A stretch of DNA of 64,000 nucleotides from the human T2T-CHM13v2.0 reference genome, Homo sapiens: NCBI RefSeq assembly GCF_009914755.1, contig NC_060928.1; one strand, 5' to 3'. Every line of letters starts with the position of its first letter. The stretch's first letter is position 1. Below the pieces are notes generated by a model that was not told the DNA's origin, searched no databases, and saw only the letters and a program-made list of their open reading frames with translations. The position numbers and the translations under genes were made by a program. Of the stretch, positions 52,561-64,000 are shown piece by piece.

Positions 52561-54954
52561 TTTTAACACATATATAAGAATTTGTGAGTTACTTGCCAAG
52601 TGAAAATATAAATATTTCTAGATAATTTTCAAATTTAAATGTACGTATTTTGGGTTCCTAAATAAACTCATTCAATGCCCATTTTACAAAAATATTTTCA
52701 AACAAAAACTCTTGAAATTAACAAGCAACTTGCACATTTCTACTTAAGGAAGCAATTCATTGTAGTGTTTTTTTTCTTTGCCTTAACTGATGATATATTC
52801 TAAAACCAGCATAGATAGACTAATTGTTTTTCCTACTGCCACATTTTCACTTCAAGTACCTTGAGAAATGATCCCACTTTATACTCTGCCTAATGCTGTA
52901 ACATTATGTTTTTCTCCTTAAACTTGGTTGTGTCCTGTAATTCTATTTTTTACACCTCTTCTGATTTTACACCCTGTTTGTTCACTTAAAAAACTGACAT
53001 ATGAAACATTAGCCTTATCCATTACAGGAGTTCTAACATTCATGTTAACATATAGTTAATACCTTAAAAATATTTGCTGATAGGCTGATTAAATTTACAT
53101 GGATAGATAAACATATAGGTATCCTACTTGCACCTAGCATTTTATTAAAAAAACTAAATAATATGGTTCTTTCAATTATTTAACAACCGTTATTTTTAGA
53201 GTTGCTACTATACTAGTCTTTAGAGATTCAAAGATAAATTGAATGAATACCTTCTTTTGGGACTACTTGTTGCATGTTGCTGACAATTCAGAATCTAAAC
53301 TTTACACCATATAATTTTAATTGCATAATTTTTGTGTATACATCATTATGTTTTATTGAGCAGATGTTTATCCATTATGTATAATCTCATAGTTATCAAT
53401 AACAGTTATATTCTGACAAGGCAAAGAGTATTTTCCATACAATTAATGACTTTCTTGAGTAGGACTAATGAAAACTAACTGAACTAGTCAGTTTCTAAGA
53501 TACAGAATATTTTAAAACTTGCTGTGTGACATAACAAGAAATATGCCTCCTTGAAAAATAAGAAAAAAATGAATCAGAACACTTAAATATGGGCACTGTT
53601 ATTTTAACCATGCTAACTCATTTATTTTGATATATGATATGTGAAACAGTAATTTCAAATTACTGCACTGACTGTGTTCAACCAACATTTCTGGACAAAA
53701 TTTCCATGCCTGCTAATGACACATTCTCAAGAGAGTCATATTTCACTCTGGCTCTGGCCATAATTACAGCAAAATGGAAGTAAAAAATGGTTTGGGATCA
53801 ACGGTGCAGTATTGCTTAGAAATGTTTAGCCTAGTTACCTGGAAGGCATCCAAGATTTGCCTACTAACAAAAGATTTCTGACACCAGAACTTCTAGATTG
53901 CCTGAAGCAGCCTCAGTATTTACTTTCACTCTATCATAACCCTGAAGGGCTATAATTGTTGCTGCAGTAAATTTAAGTGTGACAACTTTGCAGATTTTTT
54001 CTAACAGGAAATTATTTAACATATATACAATGTGCCACAGGATATGAACCCACAAAATTTTTATGAAGATTTAATTTGTCTAGGATCGCGATTGCCGTAA
54101 ATTTAAGCAAAGGTAGAGCTGGAATCATATATGAATGATTGTGGTTGGGGGGTGGCACAGGGAGGCATTTCTTTAGTGAAAATATAAACATGTTATCATT
54201 ATATCAGTGAAAATATCACTTGGAGTAAATATTGGTAAGCCATATTTATGATTTAATATTTTAGCACCTATTGATTATAAATTAGTGTTAGAGCACATTA
54301 TGTCTTGTTATTTACCTGTGCCAAGTCACAGATAGATCCATAACTAGAAATAAATTTTGTTTGTATATGTCCAACATGTTTTTCTGAAAGGTGATTTAAA
54401 AACCGACTGATAATGGTCTCAAGGTATGTTGACATTATATATGAAATGTATGTATGATATCTATGTTAGTCATTTATATGACTTAGTAATTTCTTTGATG
54501 AAAAATTTTGATTAATATATTTAAAAATAAACTGATTAGACACACAACAACAGCTGGGCAGGGGTCTCCTCTTCTCCAGTAACACAAGCCCAATAGCACA
54601 GCTACGGGGTTGCAAGGGCTGTATAGCCAAAAAGGGACTGGTCTGACTTGAGATTTCTTTATTTGTATTTTTTTTTGTTTTAAATTTCTAATGAATAGAA
54701 ATCATCTACCTCTTCGTATGTGGAAATTATAAAATTGGCTCTCTGTAATCTAGATTCGCTAAAAATATATGTTACTAGTGTGTTGCTTAAGTATTTCTTT
54801 ATTTGCTTTTTACCAATTAATTAAGTCTAAATAATATACCATTTGAAAAAATCATTGTACCTTCAAATTATCTTGACATTTAGTTTTTATTTGCGTACTT
54901 AAGGTAAGTTTATGCAATTGGCACCTACTTTTCTTTATGTTTAAAAGAGTAATG

Positions 54955-55510
54955 GGAGTCAACACTACATCAGCTAGGTGATCAAGGTCAACATCAATGG
55001 AGATAAATCAGATTTACAGTATATACCCTTAATATCATGTGATAAAAATGACACTTTACCTCTGTAGTCTTTCCCCTAAAACCACATAACCCCAGTTTAA
55101 TCTTATGAGGAACATTGGACAAAAAACAATTAAGGGAAATTCTACAAAACAAATGACAAATACTCTGCAAAACTGTCAAGGCCATCAGAAACAAGGCCAG
55201 ACTTAGAAACTATCATGGCAAAGAATATCTTAAGGAGACATGACAATTGAATATAATGTAGTGATCTGAATGGGATGCTGAGATAGAAAAATAACTTTTG
55301 TTAAAAACTGGGAAAATCTAAATAAATTAAGACTTGGATTAATAACAATGAGTTAATATTGGTTCATTAATTCTAACAAATGTCAATATTAATGTAAGAT
55401 GTTAATAAATAGGGTGAACTGGGTGTGTGGTATATGGGAACTGTCTTGTAGCATCTTTGTAATATTTTTGTGAATCTAAAACTGTTCTGATATAAATGTT
55501 AACTTAAGAA
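54955..55510 (+). mobile_element. L1MC/L1MD 3' UTR end
   Basis: ggtgatcaaggtcaacatc...aaaactgtcaaggccatc...aatgtaagatgttaata...gaatctaaaactgttct. Confidence 0.82.
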
Positions 55511-56457
55511 ACATTAACTGAGTGACAGAATAAAGATTGATTACTTTTATGGACTGTAAAGCACAATGACAGTAAACAAAGGACACATAAACATCACAAA
55601 AAAAGCATAAAATTTTTCAGATATTTTCATTAAAATTAACTTAGATTTCTCCTTATACTTCAAAGAAACTCATTTTTACTGAGGCTTGGTGAAATGAAGA
55701 AACATGAAGCTAATGCCTCTATAGCTATACTATAAAAATCTGACTATATTTTTATGTGACTTGAATTATTAACTATAAATATACTGTGACAATTTTATAG
55801 CAGTTCTAATATAGTAGCAGATTTTTAAAAAAAATCATATTTCCCTTTCATATCACAAATGTCACCAGTATATTACTAAACTCTCAATGTTCCTAATTGT
55901 ATACTTCTATATAAGGGGGTAATATCTTTTTATAATTGCATTAGTGATTAGCTTTTGTCCTGAAACACAAGGAATTGTTCTGCCTTTGTAATTTCTTTGC
56001 TAGAGAATGTAATAGCAAGGGGTAGCTTAAAACAAATTCTACTTCTATTTTTCCATATTATATACCTAGTAAGCACTGTAGGTCAATACAAAAGAGAAAG
56101 AGAAGTAATCCCTTCTGGCAGGTCACTCTGTGGATATCAGTGTGGGTCATCTCTTGAAACTAAGATAAACCATAAGTTAGTTGTGATGTAAGCAGTGATA
56201 GGTATATCAAAAATTACAAAAACTACTTATAAGTTTTAATTAAAATGCTGTAAACAATTTTAGTTTTGAGGTGCAAAAAGAAATTTTCCTTAAATATTTG
56301 AATTCCAAAAATTCTATGCATATTTTGGCCTCCTCATGGGTGACAGGAAAGGAAAGAAAGGATACGTGCTTTTTTTTTGTAGAAAAATCCAGTGGAAAAA
56401 CTAGTTTCATATAATATCTAGAGACTTTAATGTTGAAATGAATACAATGTTCTATGA

Positions 56458-56656
56458 CAGATCTGTTTAATAGAACTTTATGTAATGATAGAAATTTTGT
56501 ATATCTGCTTTGTCCAATATGGTAGCCATTTGCCACATGTGACTATCAGTTGCTTGAAATGTGGCTGGTGTGACTGAGGACTTAATTTCAACTTAATTAA
56601 ATTTAGATTTAATTTAAACAGTCATATGTGGCTAGTGGCTACTATATTGGACCAAG
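56458..56656. mobile_element. MER3 hAT-Charlie MITE
   Basis: aatagaactttatgtaatgatagaaat...tgtccaatatggtagcca...atgtggctagtggctactatattggac. Confidence 0.88.
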
Positions 56657-57018
56657 GAATCGTGTGATAACATGCCACCGTTTTGTTTTTTCCTTCTCAG
56701 ATACATTAAAAATAGTGCAAATTATTTGACATGGAGTATATGGTTAATATCGGCAGTTTAAAACAACTCTTTAGAAGGTACCCAGTGCAATACCTTGTGG
56801 TATGATATCCACTATTACACACTTAACAACTGAATAGTCTTTTCTTTCACTTCAGAAATTTTAATTTATCTTTTAACTTGTATTTTATTACTGAACATCA
56901 ATACAATTGTAAATAGTAATAAAATATACATTTAATGGTCAGCATTTGTATTATGCCCAAACATATTTAACTGTTAACACATATATATATATTTTTATAT
57001 ATATATTTAAAATACTAA

Positions 57019-58991
57019 TTTTTTTATTATACTATAAGTTCTGGGATACATGTGCAAAATGTGCAGGTTTATTACATAGGTATACATCTGCCATGGTGGT
57101 TTGCTGCACCCATAAACCCATCATCTACATCAGATATTTCTCCTAATGCTATCCCTCCCCTTTTCCCCCATCTGTCACTTTCAGGTACACCAATCAATCG
57201 TAGGTTTGGTCTTTCCACATAGTCCCATATTTCTTAGAGACTTTGTTCATTCCTTTTCATTCTTTTTTCTCTAATCTTGTCTTCATGCTTTATTTCATTA
57301 AGTTGATCTTCAATCTTTGACATCCCTTCTGCTTGATTGATTTGGCTATTGTTACTTGTGTATGCTTCACGAAGTTCTCATGCTGTGTTTTTCAGCTCCG
57401 TCTAGGTCATTTATGCTCTTTTCTAAACTGGTTGTTCTAGTTAGCAATTTGTCTAACCTTTTTTCAAGGTTCTTAGCTTCCTTGCATTGGGATAGAACAT
57501 GCTCCTTTAGCTCAGAGGAGTTTGTTGTTACCTGCCTTCTGAAGCCTACTTGTGTCAATTCATCGAACTCATTATCCATCCAGTTTTATTCCCTTGCTGG
57601 CGAGGAGTTGTGCTCCTTTGGAGGAGAAGAGGCATTCTGGCTTTGGGAATTTTCAGCATTTTTGTGCTGCTTTTTTTTTTTCATCTTCTTGGATTTATCT
57701 ACCTTTGGTCTTTGATGCTGATGACCTTTGAATGGGGTTTTTGTGTGGGTGTCCTTTTTGTTGATGTTCATGTTATTGCTTTCTGTTTGTTAGTTTTCCT
57801 TCTAACAGTCAGAATCCTCTTCTGCAGGTCTGTTGGGGTTTACTGTAGGTCCACTCCAGATCCTCTTTGCCTAGGTATCACCAGCGGAGGCTGCAGAACA
57901 GCAAAGATTGCTGCCTGCTTCTTCCTCTGGAGGCTTCATCCAAGAGGGCCACCTGATGGATGCCAGCCAGAGCTCTCCTGTATGAAGTGTCTGTTGGCTC
58001 CTGCTGGGAGGTGTCTCTCAGTCAGGAGGCACAAGGGTCAGGAAACCACTTGAGGAGGTATTCTGTCCATTAGCAGAGCTCGAGCCCTATGCTGGGAGAT
58101 CCACTGCTCTCTTCAGAGCCAGCAGGCAGGAAAGTTTAAGTCTGCTGAAGCTGTGCCCACAGCCACCCCTTCCCCCAGGTGCTCTGTCTCAGGGACATGG
58201 GAGTTTTATCTATAAGCCCCTGACTGGGGCTGCTGCCTTTCTTTCAGAGATGCCCTGCCCAGAGAGGAGGAATCTAGAGAGGCAGTCTGACTACAGCGGC
58301 TTTGCGGTCCAAACTTCCCTGCAGCTTTGTTTAAACTGTGAGGTGGGGGAAAACCACCTACTCAAGCCTCAGCAATGGCAGACGCTCCTCCTCCCACCAA
58401 ATTCAAGCATCCCAGGTAGATTTCAGACTGCTGTGTTGGCAGTGAGAATTTCAAGCCAGTGGATCTTAGCTTGCTGGTCTCCATGGGGGTGGTACCCACT
58501 GAGCAAGACCACTTGGCTCCCTGGCTTTAGCCTTCTTTCCAGGGGAGTGAATGGTTCTTTTTCATGGGGGTTCCAGTCACCACCAGGGTACAAAAAAATA
58601 CTCCTGCAGCTAGCTTGGTGTCTGCCCATATGGTCTCTCAGCTTTGTGCTTAAAACCCAGGGCCCTGATGTTGTATGTACACAAGGGACTCTCCTGGTCT
58701 ATTGGTTGCAAAAACTGTGGGAAAAGCATAGTATCTGGGCCAGGTAGCACTGTCCCTCACAGCAAAGTCCCTCATGGCTTCCCTTGGCTAGACTGCTTGT
58801 GCTTCCTGGGTGAGGCAACACCCCACCCTGCTTCTGCTTGCCCTCCATGGGCTGCACCCACTGTCTAACCAGTCCCAGTGAGAAGAACTGAGTACCTCAG
58901 TTGGAAATGCAAAAATCACCCACCTTCTGTGTTAGTCTCACTGTGACCTGCAGACTGGAGCTGTTCCTATTAGGCCATCTTGCCAAGTTGC
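57019..58991 (-). mobile_element. L1PA7/8-like element with both ends but a ~4-kb internal deletion
   Basis: 5' UTR start CAAGATGGCCTAATAGGAACAGCTCC; ORF1 N-terminus NAENSQSQNASSPPKEHNSSPARE*; ORF1 joined to 3' UTR near 57170; TSD aaaatactaattttttt at 57009 and 58992. Confidence 0.93.
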
Positions 58992-59354
58992 AAAATACTA
59001 ATTTTTTTTGTGTTTGAACATTGAACTCTTTAATTTTTAATTGATTCATTATATTCTTTAGTAGGACACAATTGATTAAAAAATACATTTTTATAGTTAC
59101 TAAATATATAAAGTAATACTGTGGCAGTATTATTCAAATATTCTCTCTATGGGTTCTTTGTGAGTACTGGCACAGTAAATATTACCTAAATGAAAATAAT
59201 AATAAGCAGTCACTGGAAAACTCAATAGTTTTTTTCACGATTTTGAAGGTAGAGTGATGAAAGCCAACTGATTTTTGAAAGTTATTCTTTCTCAGTAGAT
59301 AGTTTTAGTGAAATTTTAATTAAAGTTTTATAATTGCCTTTAATATCCCTCTGT

Positions 59355-59657
59355 GTTTTTTTTTTCTTTTTTCTTTTTTGAGACAGGGTCTCACTATATA
59401 TCCAGGCTGGGGTGCAGCAATGCAATCACAGCTCACTGTGCCTTGACTTCTTGGGCTCAAGTGTTCATCCCACCTCAAACCATTGAGTAGCTGGGACACA
59501 GGCATGCACCACTACACCCAGCTAATTTTTGTATTTTTTTTTTGTAGAGGTGAGGTTTCGCCATGTTGCCCAGGCTGGTCTCCAGTTCCTGGGTTCCAGC
59601 AATCTGCCTGCCTTGGCCTCCCAATTTTGGTTTACAGTCATGAGCCCCTGCCTGGCC
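59355..59657 (-). mobile_element. AluJ
   Basis: gagacagggtctcact...cacagctcactg...gggctcaag; tgcctttaa flanking repeat. Confidence 0.9.
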
Positions 59658-60172
59658 TGCCTTTAACTTTTTATAGAGAGTCTTCTCATAATATATCACT
59701 TTATCTTTTACTTTTTATAGAGAGGCATCTAAAAGGATTGAAATATTTAGATATCATTAATTTCAAATATATTTTAGTAACTTTTTAAAATAAAATGATT
59801 TGATCTTATATGTTATAAATACATTTTTATCAAAACTGTGTAGTAGCATAATTTGTTCATTCAATAGACAGAAATATCCAACACACAATCAAATTGAGAA
59901 AGCCAAACTCATTGTCTACTGAGATTGTTAAATCAGATCAACCCTCTGTAAGAAAAAGTCTGACTTAAAAAAAATTTGAATAAAGGTTTGATGTCAACTC
60001 CCTAGGTTACACATTTTTCTTCTTAATTTTAACTTATGGAACAGCTAGAAAAGGCACAGATGTTTGCCATGATTAAGTCACATGGACCAAACAAGATATC
60101 ATTCTCTTTATGATTTTATATAGGTTTTTTAATGATTTCTGTAGGACTCACTCTCTTAAAAATGCATTTTTT

Positions 60173-60625
60173 TGTTACTGAAACACCAGGGGTTTGGTCT
60201 AGGTCCTGCAACTCACTGCACAGAAAGCCAATCACATTGAGATGACAAGTATTGCCAAGGAAGAAGGTTTTAATCCGGTGCTGCAGCTGAGGATATGCGA
60301 GCTCAGTCTCAAATCCATCTCCCTGATGGATTGCAACCAGGGGTTTATATAGCAGGGAAGAAATGTAACAATGTGTAAGAAAACAGGAACTAAGGAGGGG
60401 CACAGAAGCAATCATGATGAATGAGGGGTCAGGCATCTCATTGTCAGGATGTGGTGATCTGGTGAGTTTTAGCTCTTTGATACTTTTATTTAGAGGCCTG
60501 AAGGTCCTTTCCTGCGGAAGGAACTCACATAAAACATACACAAGTTTCAAGCTTTAATAGCAGAATGGTTAATGTCTACGTTGATCCAAAAAACAACTCC
60601 CTACAGGACAATTGGGCCTGTTTCA
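60173..60625 (-). mobile_element. Solo LTR, LTR47-like
   Basis: tgttactgaaacaccaggggtttggtctaggtcc...ggtttatatagcagggaag...attgggcctgtttca. Confidence 0.78.
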
Positions 60626-62425
60626 CTTTGACAACAGTAAGGAGATGGCCATGACAAGATCATTAAAAGATAATCTTCAGAATTTCTGCTCCATTCAACA
60701 AGATGAATGCAGAATATCTCAGCATTGGTCGGTTAATGTGCTTCTTTCACCTAACTAAACAAAAATTTGTATCATATGGGGAAGACAAATATTCTTCCAA
60801 TGGGTAATTTATACCTTGAATAAGGAGTGTACCCTGACGCTAATATTATATCTTTTTTTGACCCCTCTGTAGGATAACCCACCAAGGTGAATTACATCTT
60901 ATTGTTTTTAAGTGGAAATAAAAGGGAAAAGACAAGTGCAAAAGGAAACAGCCATAACATTTCCATGACATTCATGTTTTTCACCAGGCCAGTTTTAGGA
61001 AAGAGTGCATATTGAAGTGAAGGTTCTGGAAAGTGATGCCCTAGAGATTACGTATGTTCAGATAGCCTTTAAAACAAACTTAGTGAATCTCCAGTACTAT
61101 TCTTAGAAGTAGGAAACACTCTGGCCTTTGATGCTGAGACATAAGAAAGTAGGTTGTTGCTCAAACTATCTTGTCTATTTTACCCACATTTTCAGAAAAG
61201 CACATAGGAAAAACTAAAAACTAAAAAAACAACAAAATTATTTCTTCCCAAGGGAGGTTTAAATACTTAGAAAATTCAAGTTAACTTACAAAACATATGA
61301 ATACTTTTAATGATGGGGCTGTGGTTGCTGTAAACTAAAGAAGTTAAAAGTCATTGCTACTCCCTGTGACAAAAGGACGTCAAAGCATAATTAAAATCTA
61401 TTCCTAAATTTTGAATGTAAATCAAAATTTAGCATATGTCTCATTTTATTTAAGTATAACATTTCACAGAAATAATATGTTTAGATATTTTTTCTTTTCT
61501 TTCAGTTGCAACACTTTCAAAAGTAGGAAAATAACTTATGTTTGTTAAATACATATCTAAAGAAAGCATGCTATAAAAATGTGTTTCCCTCATAATAAAC
61601 TTTTAAGTATTTGCATCACTAACTTACAGTTGAGGTAAAATAAAAATGTTAACAAATGTCTTACTATTCATTCATTGAATATTAACAATCTTTTGATTTG
61701 AAACTAAAATGCACTTGTTTATTTATTTGTCAATATTTCTGGAAAGCATTTCTGCTTTTCTATATCTCTACTGCTTCAGCATGTAGAAAATTTCTCCTGA
61801 TTCTTTTTATTTTAGAGTGCAATAGATTATTTTTATTTTCACTTAAGAAAAAGATGAAAATTGCAAGCTATCACCAAACTTTCATCTAAATCTTGGACCT
61901 ATTTCATCATTGCTACATTGCAAACTTGGCAAAAAGTTGTTCCTTTTTTTTTCCGTTGATTTAAAAAGTGATGAAGTTTAAGAACTACTAGTGTAAACAG
62001 TTGAGTCTCACTACACAAAGTCTTGTATTTGTATTCAATTGCTTTTTTTTGCTTCTCCCATCATACAGTTTCTTTATATTTAACACAAACATAGGTGATA
62101 ATTTGAAGACATGAAAGGCACTTTCTATTGAAGAATTTGGCCAAAGTGTCTGTTGGTATAAAACATAATGGATCTTTATAAGGAATTATCTTGATGTCAG
62201 CATGCAGCTATTGGCACTTGATTACATTTTAGCACAAAGACTAATGAGGAAATAGTGACTGCTGTGGGTTGTGTTAGAAGTTTTATTTTATGCCTCTATT
62301 ATTAGGTTATCTAGATATTAATCCTCTAGTTTTTATAAGAATTCCTCTGAAGCTTAAAAGTAGCTACCTTCTCATATAACAATGTTCTCTGTTAAAATGT
62401 GAATTCATTTTGAAAACACTTGAGC

Positions 62426-62783
62426 TGTCTATTATTCAGGGTTCTTCAGAGAAACAGAATCAGTAGAATGTGTATGTGTGTGGAGTGTGTGGAGCAGGAT
62501 ATTTTAAGGAATTGATTCAGTTGATTGAGGCAATTGCAGGGCTGACAAGTCTAAACTCTGCAGAGAAAGCCAACAGACTGGAGACACAAGGAAGAAAGAA
62601 TTGACACAACTCAAGTCTGAAGGAGAAGTGCTGGCAACATTCCCTCTTCATCTGGGGAGGCCAGTCTTTTCTTTAAGGCCTTCAACTGATTGCATGAGGC
62701 CCACCTGCATTATGAATGGCAATCTACTTTACTCAAAGTCTACTGATCTAAATGTTGATTCCATTCAAAAATATTTTACAGAA
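62426..62783 (-). mobile_element. MLT2C-like ERVL LTR lacking its 5'-terminal ~60-70 bp
   Basis: cagggttcttcagagaaacagaa...aggccttcaactgattgcatgaggcccacc...ctactttactcaaagtctactgat; the terminal aattaaccatcaca is absent. Confidence 0.85.
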
Positions 62784-62794
62784 TGTATTACCTA

Positions 62795-64000
<1,206 letters not shown>

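Noticed and set aside
57550-58747. ORFs of 167 and 165 aa antisense to L1
   Set aside because: Antisense frames of the L1 5' UTR/ORF1; no evidence that they are functional or an intact ORF0

Overview
AT-rich primate (human-like) genomic DNA made up mostly of interspersed repeats: L1, L2, L3, MIR, Alu, ERV/MaLR LTRs and hAT DNA transposon fossils. I find no intact protein-coding gene; the supplied ORFs are chance ORFs or repeat-derived. Repeat and gene names come from recalled consensus or protein sequences, not database searches, and boundaries of old repeats are approximate. The main structures are: (1) a minus-strand, intron-retaining, decayed copy of YIPF3 (four exons plus introns, 62801 to the window end) abutting a co-oriented, 5'-truncated MLT2 (ERVL) LTR; (2) a 3.3-kb deleted HERV-H provirus (19591-22896, minus) with an intact-looking 5' LTR, PBS and splice donor, but a pol-to-3'LTR deletion and a mutated poly(A) signal; (3) a TSD-bounded 2-kb L1PA that keeps both ends but lacks about 4 kb internally; (4) short locally templated duplications at 43-46.3 kb and 13.9 kb. 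I see no convincing evidence of a wholly new biological system; the YIPF3/LTR junction is the best lead.
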